Assembly: GCA_049611965.1 (NCBI GenBank)
Contig: JBMZBC010000002.1
Location: 28,473-92,472 of the forward strand
Source of the DNA: Schleiferiaceae bacterium
GTDB lineage: Bacteria; Bacteroidota; Bacteroidia; Flavobacteriales; Schleiferiaceae
Length of the DNA stretch: 64,000 nucleotides
Direction: 5' to 3'
Below the pieces are notes generated by a model, which worked only from the letters and a program-made list of their open reading frames with translations, did not search any database and was not told the DNA's origin. Below are positions 1 through 9,828 of the stretch, in pieces (the stretch's first letter is position 1; each line of letters begins with the position of its first letter). The position numbers were made by a program, and so were the translations under genes.

Positions 1-1
1 C

Positions 2-1582
2 AATGTCCTTAAAGCCAAAGGTGTAAAGAAGGGCGACCGCGTTGCGGTATACATGCCTATGGTACCCGAGCTGACTATTGGAGTATTGGCCTGTGCCCGA
101 ATAGGCGCAGTACATTCGGTAGTATTTGCAGGATTCTCTTCCAATGCCCTTGCAGATCGCATCAACGATAGCCAATGCATATGTGTATTAACCTCAGATG
201 GCATGTACCGTGGTGCCAAGGCATTACCGGTAAAAACTACCGTTGACGAGGCCTTGAAAAACTGTACTTCTGTGGAGAGCGTGATCGTTGTAAAGCGCGA
301 CGGACGTGATGTAGAAATGATAGAAGGACGTGACCACTGGTATACAGAGGCTGCTAATGAAGTGAGCACAGATTGTGCTCCTGAGCCGATGGATGCTGAA
401 GATATGCTCTTTATCCTTTACACTTCAGGATCTACAGGTAAGCCAAAAGGTGTAGTTCACACTTGTGGTGGATACATGGTCTATGCAGCGTACAGTTTTC
501 AGAACGTATTCCAATACGAGCGCGGTGATGTATACTGGTGTACAGCCGACGTGGGTTGGATTACTGGACACAGCTACATTATCTATGGACCGCTGTTGAA
601 TGGTGCGACGACAATGATGTTTGAAGGCGTACCAACCTTCCCGGATGCAGGTCGTTTCTGGGACGTTTGTGATAAGTATAAAGTAAACCAATTCTACACT
701 GCACCAACGGCTATCCGTGCTCTTATGGCTATGGGTGACGAATTCGTGAATCGCGCAGATTTGAGCTCTTTAAAGGTCATAGGTTCGGTTGGTGAGCCCA
801 TCAATGCAGAGGCATGGCACTGGTACAACGAGAAGGTTGGTCACGGAAAATGTCCAATTGTCGATACGTGGTGGCAAACTGAAACTGGGGGTATTATGAT
901 CTCAGGTTTAGGTGCACACAGCCCGCAGCGTCCAACCTATGCTGGCCGCCCTCTTCCGGGTATTCAACCTGTACTATTGGACGGTGATGGGAATGAAATA
1001 ACCGGCGACGGTGTGGAAGGCTACTTATGTGTAAAGCACCCTTGGCCATCGATGTTACGCACCACATACGGTGATCACGAGCGTTGTAAGAATGTATACT
1101 TCAGCAATTACGATGGCTACTATTTCACTGGAGATGGCGCCCGCCGCGAAGACGGAATGTTCCGCATTATTGGTCGTGTGGATGATGTCATCAATGTAAG
1201 TGGACACCGATTCGGTACTGCCGAGATCGAAAATGCCATCAATGCCTCTTCAGTAGTCACCGAAAGCGCTGTGGTGGGTTACCCTCATGATATTAAGGGC
1301 CAAGGGATATATGCTTATGTGATTCTTGAAGAAGGCGATCACAACCCGGATGAAGTACGTCAAGCAATCATTAGCACCGTTGTGGCTGAAATTGGCCCCA
1401 TTGCAAAACCAGATATCATTCAGATTGTCCCTGGACTGCCAAAGACGCGTTCAGGAAAAATCATGCGTAGAATATTAAGAAAAGTAGCAGAAGGTGATAC
1501 TAGCAATCTTGGTGACACTTCGACATTACTTGACCCAAGCGTCGTTGAAGTAATCAAACAAGGTGCGAGTGAACTGAGTTGA
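2..1582 (+). CDS. acs: acetyl-CoA synthetase (5' end lies outside the window)
   Basis: The frame is open to the window edge ([23 protein letters not shown] precedes the listed Met). It has the AMP-binding signature [11 protein letters not shown] and a C-terminal [11 protein letters not shown] typical of Acs. Confidence 0.95.
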   Translation, partial: NVLKAKGVKKGDRVAVYMPMVPELTIGVLACARIGAVHSVVFAGFSSNALADRINDSQCICVLTSDGMYRGAKALPVKTTVDEALKNCTSVESVIVVKRDGRDVEMIEGRDHWYTEAANEVSTDCAPEPMDAEDMLFILYTSGSTGKPKGVVHTCGGYMVYAAYSFQNVFQYERGDVYWCTADVGWITGHSYIIYGPLLNGATTMMFEGVPTFPDAGRFWDVCDKYKVNQFYTAPTAIRALMAMGDEFVNRADLSSLKVIGSVGEPINAEAWHWYNEKVGHGKCPIVDTWWQTETGGIMISGLGAHSPQRPTYAGRPLPGIQPVLLDGDGNEITGDGVEGYLCVKHPWPSMLRTTYGDHERCKNVYFSNYDGYYFTGDGARREDGMFRIIGRVDDVINVSGHRFGTAEIENAINASSVVTESAVVGYPHDIKGQGIYAYVILEEGDHNPDEVRQAIISTVVAEIGPIAKPDIIQIVPGLPKTRSGKIMRRILRKVAEGDTSNLGDTSTLLDPSVVEVIKQGASELS

Positions 1583-1657
1583 TTGTTCAAAATTTAACAA
1601 TCTGTCATTTTTTAGACTAATTACCTGCAATTGCCCGTAAATGCTCGGCAATGGAAA

Positions 1658-1665
1658 TACTTTTG
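1658..1665 (+). promoter_or_regulatory. candidate Bacteroidota -7 promoter box TACTTTTG (TAnnTTTG) for lysA operon
   Basis: Exact TAnnTTTG match 19 nt upstream of ATG 1685. No transcript data. Confidence 0.4.
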
Positions 1666-1684
1666 CCGTGTAAAGCAAAGCGTA

Positions 1685-2962
1685 ATGACGAAATTTCCAT
1701 TAAATGATGCAACGAATTGGGTAGAAGCCTACGGTTCCCCATTGTATGTCTATGATACCAAAACGATCCGTGGTCAGTACTTCAGAATGAAGCACGCTTT
1801 TGACCAAGATATCGATGTTGACATCCACTATGCTTGCAAGGCATTAAACAACCTCAACATACTAAAGCTCATGCGCAGCCTAGGTGCAGGTTTGGATGCA
1901 GTTAGTCTTGGAGAAATTGAGCTCGGCTTACGCGCAGGATTCCTTCCAGACCAGATCCTTTTTACACCAAATGGCGTAGGTATCCACGAAATCAAAGAGG
2001 CTGTAGCGATTGGAGTTCAAATCAACATCGACAACCTCGAAACCTTGGAAGAGTTTGCAAATGAATTTGGCAATACTGTCCCTGTTTGCGTGCGCATCAA
2101 TCCGCACATCATGGCAGGTGGAAATGCAAAGATTTCAGTGGGCCACATCGACTCTAAATTCGGCATCTCTATTCACCAAGTGCGCCACTTGCACCGCATC
2201 GTAAATAACATGGGGCTCCATGTACACGGCTTGCACATGCACACGGGTTCGGACATCTTGGACATTGACGCCTTTATGCGTGGAGCAAGCCTATTGATGG
2301 ACCTTGCCCACGACTTCAAAGAACTCACCTACATCGATTTCGGTTCTGGATTCAAAGTGGGCTACCGACCAGGCGAGGCCACCACAGATATTGAAAGCTT
2401 CGGCGCGCGCATGAGTGAACGATTCAAAGAGTTCTGCCTAGAATATGGTCGCGACTTAAAACTCATCTTTGAGCCTGGAAAATTCTTGGTAAGTGAGGCC
2501 GGAGCCTTCATCGCCAAAGTGAACAGCACCAAAACGACCCCATCTACCGTCTTCGCACAGGTCAATAGTGGCTTTAATCACTTCCCACGCCCGATGATGT
2601 ACGATGCCTACCACCACATTGAAAACTTAAGCAACCCTGATGGAGAGCAACGCCTGTATACCATCGTGGGTTATGTATGTGAAACTGATACCTTCGGTTA
2701 CGACCGTAAGCTAAACGAGGTGCGCAACGGTGATTTATTGGCTTTCCATAATGCCGGTGCCTACTGCAGCAGCATGGCCTCACAGTACAACAGCCGCGTA
2801 CGTCCCGCTGAAATCCTGATTGAGAACAACACGCCTTACCTCATCCGCGAGCGAGAAAATATCGAAGATTTGGTTCGTGGTACTGTGGATCACGGGCTCT
2901 ACAACGAGCTTCCAGTAAACGAGGCGACAAAAGAAGAGATTACTGTACCTTCGCAGGGATGA
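1685..2962 (+). CDS. lysA: diaminopimelate decarboxylase
   Basis: Orn/DAP/Arg decarboxylase family features are present (HYACKALNN PLP-lysine region, HTGS, GSGF, CETDTF). I prefer the in-frame ATG 1685 (MTKFPLND...) to the upstream non-ATG start in the ORF track. Confidence 0.9.
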   Translation: MTKFPLNDATNWVEAYGSPLYVYDTKTIRGQYFRMKHAFDQDIDVDIHYACKALNNLNILKLMRSLGAGLDAVSLGEIELGLRAGFLPDQILFTPNGVGIHEIKEAVAIGVQINIDNLETLEEFANEFGNTVPVCVRINPHIMAGGNAKISVGHIDSKFGISIHQVRHLHRIVNNMGLHVHGLHMHTGSDILDIDAFMRGASLLMDLAHDFKELTYIDFGSGFKVGYRPGEATTDIESFGARMSERFKEFCLEYGRDLKLIFEPGKFLVSEAGAFIAKVNSTKTTPSTVFAQVNSGFNHFPRPMMYDAYHHIENLSNPDGEQRLYTIVGYVCETDTFGYDRKLNEVRNGDLLAFHNAGAYCSSMASQYNSRVRPAEILIENNTPYLIRERENIEDLVRGTVDHGLYNELPVNEATKEEITVPSQG

Positions 2963-3426
2963 TCAACATTCGTGTAGCACAACAGCAGGATATGAAGGCC
3001 GTATTAGGTCTGATTACTGAATTGGCCATTTATGAGAAAGAGCCAGAAGCTGTGATTGTTACCGAACAAGACCTCATCACCCACGGTTTTTCTGAAGATC
3101 GATTTGACTGTTTTGTAGCAGAACACGAAGAGCAAGGCGTCATAGGTATGGCCCTGTATTACCCGCGTTATAGCACATGGAAAGGCCCTACCCTACACCT
3201 TGAAGATTTATACGTGAAGCCTGAATTCCGTCAGCACGGAGTGGGAAAGCAACTTTTCGATGCCGTCGCAACAGTGGCTGCAAAGCAAAATGTAGGACGC
3301 ATGGAATGGACTGTACTAGAATGGAACGAACCGGCGTTGAACTTTTATAAAAAATACGACGCCTCCCTCGACCCTGAGTGGCATTTGGGAACGTTGACCA
3401 GAGCACAATTAGCGCAATACAAATGA
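2959..3426 (+). CDS. GNAT acetyltransferase, spermidine/spermine (diamine) N-acetyltransferase-like
   Basis: Collinear similarity to SSAT-type enzymes as I remember them (LITELAIYEKEPEAVIVTEQDL, LEDLYVKPEFRQHGVGKQLF, LEWNEPALNFYKKY). It has ATGA overlaps with lysA (2959-2962) and lysC (3423-3426). Confidence 0.85.
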   Translation: MINIRVAQQQDMKAVLGLITELAIYEKEPEAVIVTEQDLITHGFSEDRFDCFVAEHEEQGVIGMALYYPRYSTWKGPTLHLEDLYVKPEFRQHGVGKQLFDAVATVAAKQNVGRMEWTVLEWNEPALNFYKKYDASLDPEWHLGTLTRAQLAQYK

Positions 3427-4682
3427 GCACACCGCTAGTCTTCAAATTTGGTGGTGCATCGGTAAAGGATGCACAGAGCGTACGAAATGTAGCAAACATC
3501 ATTGGCCAATTCAGCCAGCGTCCTATGGTCGTTGTCGTCAGTGCGATGGGCAAAATGACCAATGCCTTTGAAGAGGTGGTTGCCGATTGGAGTAACGGAA
3601 ATTTATCCGAGGCCAATGCTAAAATTGACGCTATCGCTGCCTTCCACCAAAGTATCATTAATGAACTCTTTGAAGACCCAGCAGAAATTAATGAGCTTGT
3701 GGCTGCCCTTATTTCGAGCATTAGAGAAGGACTGAATAAACAAAATATTTCTTTCGGCGAAGGGTACGACTACATTGTGCACCATGGAGAATTAATCTCC
3801 ACCCGCATCATAGCCGCTTACGTTGGCCAGGAAGTTCCTACTGTTTGGCAGGATACGCGTCAATTGGTGAAAACCGACGGTCAATTCCGACGTGCAACGG
3901 TCCAATGGGAACAAACCGGCCGCGCTATCCGCTCGAACATTGCACAAAATAAGGTCAACTTCGTTCAAGGATTTATTGGCTCATCGCCAGACGGGCGCCC
4001 CACAACATTAGGTCGTGAGGGGTCCGATTATACGGGCGCCGTATTCGCCTTCTGCCTCGGTGCAGATAGCCTAACGATTTGGAAAGATGTTCCTGGTATG
4101 CTGAACGGGGATCCAAAGACCTTTGCCAATACCCAAAAGATTGATGCATTGCCGTTTAATGAAGCCATTGAATTGGCCTTTTATGGCGCCTCGATCATCC
4201 ACCCGAAGACCATCCAGCCGCTAAAGAAGAAGGGCATTCCATTACACATTAAGAGCTTTGTAGACCCTGCGCTCCCGGGCACTACCATTGGTGGCGTAGA
4301 CCGCCCGGAACCAGAGGTCGCCAACTTCATCTTAAAGAAAAACCAAATCCTTATTCAGCTCAGCACCAAAGATTTGGCCTTTATCGCCGAGCAACACCTC
4401 AGCGCAGTATATCGCTTATTTGCCGAGCAAGGCGTCGTAGTAAATTTGATGCGTAACACCGCCACAAGAGCAATGTTCTGTATCAACAACGACGCGATTA
4501 TCGTACCTAAAGTACTCGCTGAACTCGCAGGCCAGTTCGATCTCGAACTCACATCTTCAGTGGAATTATTGACCATCCGTCACACGAACGAAGAGGACGA
4601 AACTCGCGAAACAGAGGGTTTAGATATTTTATTAGAACAACGAACGCCAGATACGGTCCAATTCGTTTTCAAGCGCTTCTGA
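3423..4682 (+). CDS. lysC: aspartate kinase (monofunctional)
   Basis: The N-terminus MSTPLVFKFGGASV and the TLGREGSDYTGA motif fit aspartokinase, and the C-terminal region is ACT-like. I chose the start at ATG 3423 because it overlaps the GNAT stop. Confidence 0.9.
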   Translation: MSTPLVFKFGGASVKDAQSVRNVANIIGQFSQRPMVVVVSAMGKMTNAFEEVVADWSNGNLSEANAKIDAIAAFHQSIINELFEDPAEINELVAALISSIREGLNKQNISFGEGYDYIVHHGELISTRIIAAYVGQEVPTVWQDTRQLVKTDGQFRRATVQWEQTGRAIRSNIAQNKVNFVQGFIGSSPDGRPTTLGREGSDYTGAVFAFCLGADSLTIWKDVPGMLNGDPKTFANTQKIDALPFNEAIELAFYGASIIHPKTIQPLKKKGIPLHIKSFVDPALPGTTIGGVDRPEPEVANFILKKNQILIQLSTKDLAFIAEQHLSAVYRLFAEQGVVVNLMRNTATRAMFCINNDAIIVPKVLAELAGQFDLELTSSVELLTIRHTNEEDETRETEGLDILLEQRTPDTVQFVFKRF

Positions 4683-4756
4683 TTTCATACAATTTTAATT
4701 TTTCGATAATATTGTATTAGGCTGAATTGCTGTGTTTTGTTAAACACAACAAACAC

Positions 4757-5695
4757 ATGATTAAGCCACTCTTTCCGTTTCGAAAACTGCTGGATATCGC
4801 TGAAGAGGTACCTAAAAAAATCCTCTCAAATTGCTTTTCGAGGTTACCTGATAAAGTAAAAATTTCCGTTAGCGGGGATTACGAGGTTTACCTAATCGAC
4901 CCGGAAACACAGGCAGACCGTATCATGGAAGAAATTGGCAGGTTAAGAGAAATCACTTTTCGTGCTGTTGGAGAAGGTACCGGAAATGACCGAGACCTAG
5001 ATGAATACGACAGTTATTTCCATCATCTAGTGCTGTGGGACAGTAAAGCTCAAATTATTGTTGGGTCGTATAGAATAGGTATCGGGCCAGAGATTTACGC
5101 GAATAAGGGCATCAAAGGATTTTACATTAGAAGCCTTTTCAAGATTAAACCAGGAGGTCACTATTTAATGCGCGAAGGTATTGAAATGGGACGCGCCTTT
5201 ATTCGTGAGGAATATCAAATGCGGCCTACGCCATTATTCATTTTGTGGAAGTCAATTCTCAAGGTAGTTTTAGAACGTTCGGATATTAAATACATCTTTG
5301 GTAGCGTAAGTATTTCGAACACCTTTTCCCAAACTTCTCGAAGTTTATTATCGGCCTACATTAAGAAGTATTACTTCGATGCTGAATATGCTCAGTACGT
5401 AAAACCAAAGACGGAGTACATAGCAAAATTGAACCCAATCTCGCATCAAATTTTAGAAAGCGCAAAGCCGAATCAAATTAAAGATTTAGAAAAAATGGTT
5501 CGCAAATTTGAACCTGCTGGTGTGCGCTTCCCGGTGCTTATAAAAAAATACCTCAGTCAAAATGCTCGCGTTGTTGGCTTCAACGTTGATCCAAAGTTCG
5601 GAAACTCACTGGACGGTTTTATGTATATCAACATCAACCACTTGCCAGAGAAAACACTCAATCAGGTTATCGACGAACTTGAGAAAGCACTTTAG
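4757..5695 (+). CDS. GNAT-type N-acyl amino acid synthase-like protein (OlsB/GlsB / hemolysin-like Acetyltransf_5 family)
   Basis: The segment RLREITFRAVGEGTGNDRDLDEYDSYFHHLVLWD matches the pattern I associate with lipoamino-acid N-acyltransferases. ATG 4757 (MIKPLFPF...) is preferred. The gene is AT-rich. Confidence 0.6.
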   Translation: MIKPLFPFRKLLDIAEEVPKKILSNCFSRLPDKVKISVSGDYEVYLIDPETQADRIMEEIGRLREITFRAVGEGTGNDRDLDEYDSYFHHLVLWDSKAQIIVGSYRIGIGPEIYANKGIKGFYIRSLFKIKPGGHYLMREGIEMGRAFIREEYQMRPTPLFILWKSILKVVLERSDIKYIFGSVSISNTFSQTSRSLLSAYIKKYYFDAEYAQYVKPKTEYIAKLNPISHQILESAKPNQIKDLEKMVRKFEPAGVRFPVLIKKYLSQNARVVGFNVDPKFGNSLDGFMYININHLPEKTLNQVIDELEKAL

Positions 5696-6608
5696 CCGCT
5701 AATCCGCGGCCCATTTTTTCAAAGCTCTCCTTGGTCCAACCTGCGATATGCGGACTCAAGAGCACATTTTCACGCTGCAGTAATCTATGTAAAGTCCGAG
5801 GCAATTCGTCTTCAAACAAGCTCGTAAAGCTCGATTTCTCATATTCCAGAACATCCAGACCTGCACTCAGCACCTTGCCTTCATCCATCGCTGCCAATAA
5901 ATCGTTTGTCTTCAAAATAGGTCCACGGGCTGTATTGATAAAGTGAATCGGCTTCGCAAAACCATTAAAGAACTGCGCATCGGCTAACCCTCGAGTCTCG
6001 TTTGTCAATGGCAAATGCAAACTAACCACGTCAGCTCTTCTTTGCAATTCTACTAAACTCACTTCCGTCACTCCATCAGGAGCATATCCAGATTTGTACT
6101 TATCATAAGCCAACACCTTCACACCCATAGCACTAAGTAACTGAGCAAATTCGCTGCCCATAACCCCGTAACCAATGACCCCAACAGTCAAGGATTGCAA
6201 TTCCCGGCCTTTGTTAGGTTCACGCAACCACTTGCCTTCCTTAATCTCCCTGTGAACACGCGGAAGATGGTTCAGCAAACTGAGCAACATGCCCAGCGCG
6301 TGTTCTGCCACTGCACGCGCATTCCCTTCGGGAACGCGCTGGCACGAAATACCGCGCTTTTCCGCTTCGAGAAGGTCTATATTCTCTAAACCCGCCCCAA
6401 GGCGACCGATGACTTTCAATGAAGGGAATTGGCTTAAAAAATGTGCATCAACACGCATGCGAGAGCGGATGATTAATACTTCTGCATCATTATGGTATGC
6501 GGCTAATTCTTCCAGGGGCGCAGAATACTCCCGCACCAGAGTGAGACCGCCCGCTTGCAAATCTTGCTCTAGGAACGGATGGGTATCGTCAAGGAGGAGC
6601 GCCTTCAT
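5667..6608 (-). CDS. D-isomer-specific 2-hydroxyacid dehydrogenase (phosphoglycerate dehydrogenase-like)
   Basis: NAD-binding GVIGYGVMGSEF motif and a catalytic-domain layout typical of the family. It overlaps the convergent gene 4757..5695 by 29 nt. Confidence 0.85.
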   Translation of the reverse strand: MKALLLDDTHPFLEQDLQAGGLTLVREYSAPLEELAAYHNDAEVLIIRSRMRVDAHFLSQFPSLKVIGRLGAGLENIDLLEAEKRGISCQRVPEGNARAVAEHALGMLLSLLNHLPRVHREIKEGKWLREPNKGRELQSLTVGVIGYGVMGSEFAQLLSAMGVKVLAYDKYKSGYAPDGVTEVSLVELQRRADVVSLHLPLTNETRGLADAQFFNGFAKPIHFINTARGPILKTNDLLAAMDEGKVLSAGLDVLEYEKSSFTSLFEDELPRTLHRLLQRENVLLSPHIAGWTKESFEKMGRGLAAKVLSQVRR

Positions 6609-7951
6609 TAGTATCCGATAATCAATCGGCCAATTTGAAAATAGATGATCAAGCCAATCACGTCGTTTGCAGTTGTGATGAATGGCCCAGTTGCCAAGGC
6701 TGCATCGACTTTAAACTTATCGAGCATCAATGGAATAAAGGTTCCAAAGAGTGAGGCAAAAACAATCACGGTAAGTAGCGAAGTACTCACAGTTAAGGTG
6801 ATGAGCTGATCGTATCCCAAAAGCAATCCTGCGCCGTACATCACTAGGGATAAGATGAGACCGTTGAACAAACCCACAGCCAATTCCTTGGTCAATTTCT
6901 TAATAATATTGTTCTCCTTTCTGTCGCTGGCCAAGGCTTGTACAACAATCGCCGAAGATTGTACACCCACATTACCCGCCATTGCTGCAATCAGCGGCAT
7001 GAAAAAAGCCAATGCAGGAACCAACTGAATGTCCTCTTCGTTTTTTCCAATGATTAAGGCAACAATGAGTCCACCAAAGAGTCCAATTAACAGCCATGGA
7101 ATACGCGCACGGGTAACCTCATATACGCTATCGTCGCTTTCAACCTCATCGGTAAGACCCGAGGCCAATTGGTAATCGCGCTCGGCTTCTTCACGAATGA
7201 AATCAACCACATCGTCCAAGGTAATTCGACCAAGAAGCTCTCCGGCGGCATTCACCACAGGAATGACAAACAGATCGTATTTCTGCATCATATTGGCCAC
7301 CTCCTCCGCTGGAGTGGTACTGAGTACAGTATGTTCTATCGGGCGGTACAGCTCAGAAATAGGAGCCGTGCGTTGCGCGGTCAAGAGCTTCTTTAAGCTC
7401 AATGTTCCGACTAAAATATCATTATCATCGACAACGTAAACAGCGTGGACACGGTCAATGTGTTCTGCCTGAGAACGCATAGCGGCCACACAGCGAATGG
7501 CGGTAAGACTTTGGTTCACCACAACAAGCTCGGTTGCCATCAAGGCACCAGCAGTATCTTCTTCGTGCGTAAGTAGTTGGGCAATTTTCTTGGCTTGCTC
7601 CACATCTTCCACTTGAGAAAGAACCTCTTTGGTCATGTCCTCCGGAAGTTCAGAAAGCATATCCGCAGCATCATCGGAATCCATATTCCCGACCAACTCT
7701 TGGGCAATTTCCTCTGTAGAATAGGTGGCTACCAGCTCGCCACGTTCCTCCTCATCAAACTCAACAAGGATATTTGCGGCCAATTCAGGATCGATCTTCT
7801 CAAAGAAAGCCGAGCGTTCTTCTGCGACGAATGTCTCTAGCACCTCCGCCATATCAGCAGGGTGGATACCTTCAATGATTTGCGCGAACTCAGCCTCATT
7901 GGTCTCCCCTAAGGCTTTCACTATACGCGCTCTAATGCTCATTTCTTCCAT
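6608..7951 (-). CDS. mgtE: magnesium transporter MgtE
   Basis: MgtE N-domain, a CBS pair, and a C-terminal 5-TM domain (PFITTANDVIGLIIYF). Confidence 0.92.
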   Translation of the reverse strand: MEEMSIRARIVKALGETNEAEFAQIIEGIHPADMAEVLETFVAEERSAFFEKIDPELAANILVEFDEEERGELVATYSTEEIAQELVGNMDSDDAADMLSELPEDMTKEVLSQVEDVEQAKKIAQLLTHEEDTAGALMATELVVVNQSLTAIRCVAAMRSQAEHIDRVHAVYVVDDNDILVGTLSLKKLLTAQRTAPISELYRPIEHTVLSTTPAEEVANMMQKYDLFVIPVVNAAGELLGRITLDDVVDFIREEAERDYQLASGLTDEVESDDSVYEVTRARIPWLLIGLFGGLIVALIIGKNEEDIQLVPALAFFMPLIAAMAGNVGVQSSAIVVQALASDRKENNIIKKLTKELAVGLFNGLILSLVMYGAGLLLGYDQLITLTVSTSLLTVIVFASLFGTFIPLMLDKFKVDAALATGPFITTANDVIGLIIYFQIGRLIIGY

Positions 7952-8723
7952 CTTCGATCGCAGTTAAAAGTTCAACAAATTCTGTGTGAGACAATTGCTC
8001 TGCTCGCTTGCTAAGATACGGATGCTCGAAGCCTTCTGGCAAGTTAAGCACTTTCAAGGCATTGCGCAGGGTTTTTCTTCTCATGCCGAAAGCAGCCTTC
8101 ACTCCACGTTTCAAAAGCTTGAAATCTATATCCGGATCTTCGGCCTTGCGCACCATATGCATCACTCCACTATCTACCTTCGGAGGAGGGTTAAACACAC
8201 CTGGTGGCACGGTAAAATCATAGGTCAAATCATAGTAGGCTTGACAAAGCACTGAAAGGATTCCATAGGTTTTATTTCCCGGTGGCGAACACAAGCGCTG
8301 AGCGACCTCCTTTTGGAACATCCCTCCAAAAAGTGGAATTTGATCCATGTGTTCCAACACCTTAAAAACAATCTGCGAACTGATGTTGTACGGGAAGTTT
8401 CCCACCAAGGCGAATTTCTCGTCGCCAAACGTTTTCGAAGGGTTCCATCTTAGGAAATCTTCTTCTAGAATACGGGCACTTAAGGTATTGTAATGTGCTT
8501 TGAGATAGCTGACGCTCTCGTCGTCAATCTCTACGACCCAAGTCTCAATAGAGGGATTGTCCAGCAAGTATTTGGTCATTACACCCATGCCTGGACCAAT
8601 TTCTAAGACCTTTTCAACGCCTTCGAAAGGGACGACATTAGCAATTCGTTCTGCAATGCTTTCGTCCTTTAAAAAGTGTTGACCTAGGTACTTTTTTGCA
8701 CGTACTTGACCTCTATTGTTCAT
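7932..8723 (-). CDS. rsmA: 16S rRNA (adenine1518/1519-N6)-dimethyltransferase
   Basis: The MNNRGQVRAKKYLGQHFL N-terminus and the LEIGPGMG SAM motif fit RsmA/KsgA. The ORF-track start (9059) would run through the fbp promoter and fbp itself, so ATG 8723 was chosen. Confidence 0.92.
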   Translation of the reverse strand: MNNRGQVRAKKYLGQHFLKDESIAERIANVVPFEGVEKVLEIGPGMGVMTKYLLDNPSIETWVVEIDDESVSYLKAHYNTLSARILEEDFLRWNPSKTFGDEKFALVGNFPYNISSQIVFKVLEHMDQIPLFGGMFQKEVAQRLCSPPGNKTYGILSVLCQAYYDLTYDFTVPPGVFNPPPKVDSGVMHMVRKAEDPDIDFKLLKRGVKAAFGMRRKTLRNALKVLNLPEGFEHPYLSKRAEQLSHTEFVELLTAIEDGRNEH

Positions 8724-8727
8724 GTTG

Positions 8728-8735
8728 CAAAGGTA
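8728..8735 (-). promoter_or_regulatory. candidate -7 box TACCTTTG for rsmA-mgtE operon
   Basis: Exact TAnnTTTG on the minus strand, ending only 4 nt before ATG 8723. This geometry implies a leaderless or near-leaderless mRNA. Confidence 0.35.
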
Positions 8736-8811
8736 GTGCTTTGTAACGGCCTTCGTCTCATTCATTAACCGTAACTTAGTATCACCTATTACAGAACTAA
8801 TACCACTGACC

Positions 8812-9825
8812 ATGGTACAACCAACCACCCTCGGCGAGTTTATCGTCGAAAACCAGAAGGATTTTCCCTTCGCAACGGGCGATTTATCGCACCTACTCAC
8901 CTCTATTCGCTTGGCCGCAAAAGTGGTCAATCGGGAAATCAACAAAGCTGGATTAGCAGATATCCTAGGCGCTATGGGCCAGGATAATGTCCAAGGCGAG
9001 GCCCAACAAAAACTCGATGTAATGGCCAACGACACCTTCATGCGAGCCTTGCGTTCCATGGGACAAGTATGTGGTGTAGGCTCCGAAGAAGAAGAGCATT
9101 ACATAAGCTTTGACGACGATATTCACAGCGATGCGAAATACGTGGTTTTGATGGACCCGCTTGATGGATCTAGCAACATCGATGTCAACGTAAGCGTGGG
9201 GACTATTTTCTCTATTTACCGCAGAATTACCCCGACAGGAACACCGGTGACCTTGGAAGATTTCTTGCAGCCCGGCGATGCCCAAGTTGCCGCTGGATAT
9301 GTTGTTTATGGCTCTTCCACAATGCTTGTTTACACTACCGGAAATGGTGTAAATGGCTTTACGTTAGATCCATCCATTGGGGTGTTTTGTTTGTCGCACA
9401 GGGACATGCAGATTCCAAAATCGGGCAATATCTACAGTGTAAACGAAGGAAATTATGTGCATTTCCCGCAAGGGGTAAAGGAATATATCAAGTACTGCCA
9501 GCAATACGATGAGGCAACCGGTAGGCCCTATACCTCGAGATATATTGGCTCCTTAGTTTCCGATTTTCATCGCAATCTTATCAAAGGTGGGGTGTATCTT
9601 TACCCCACAGGAACAATGGCACCTAACGGTAAGCTACGCCTGTTGTACGAGTGCAACCCACTCGCATTTATTGTTGAACAAGCAGGCGGTACTGCCACGA
9701 ACGGTAAACAGCGAATTTTAGAACTCCAACCTAGCGAATTGCACGAGCGAGTTCCATTCTTCATCGGTTCACCGGAAATGGTGGATATGGCCCATGCGTT
9801 TTTACGCAGGTACGAAGAAGAATAG
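8812..9825 (+). CDS. fbp: fructose-1,6-bisphosphatase class 1
   Basis: Class I FBPase motifs are present ([40 protein letters not shown]). Confidence 0.93.
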   Translation: MVQPTTLGEFIVENQKDFPFATGDLSHLLTSIRLAAKVVNREINKAGLADILGAMGQDNVQGEAQQKLDVMANDTFMRALRSMGQVCGVGSEEEEHYISFDDDIHSDAKYVVLMDPLDGSSNIDVNVSVGTIFSIYRRITPTGTPVTLEDFLQPGDAQVAAGYVVYGSSTMLVYTTGNGVNGFTLDPSIGVFCLSHRDMQIPKSGNIYSVNEGNYVHFPQGVKEYIKYCQQYDEATGRPYTSRYIGSLVSDFHRNLIKGGVYLYPTGTMAPNGKLRLLYECNPLAFIVEQAGGTATNGKQRILELQPSELHERVPFFIGSPEMVDMAHAFLRRYEEE

Positions 9826-9828
9826 AAC

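Noticed and set aside
1583-1684. Lysine riboswitch (L-box) ahead of lysA
   Set aside because: The intergenic region is only about 100 nt, shorter than an L-box. I could not trace its conserved helices, and only a promoter-like box is evident.
3188-3721. 177-aa ORF antisense across the GNAT/lysC junction
   Set aside because: It overlaps two well-supported plus-strand genes and its sequence looks non-protein-like (Ser/Leu/Ala-rich).
4731-4748. Hairpin TGTGTTT-tgtt-AAACACA just upstream of the N-acyltransferase-like gene
   Set aside because: It is an AT-rich 7-bp stem without a following U-run. It is weak as a terminator for lysC and I cannot distinguish it from chance.
8724-9059. ORF-track N-terminal extension of rsmA to 9059
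   Set aside because: The extension would run through the divergent intergenic region and into fbp. The conserved KsgA N-terminus (MNNRGQVRAKKYLGQHFL) starts at ATG 8723.
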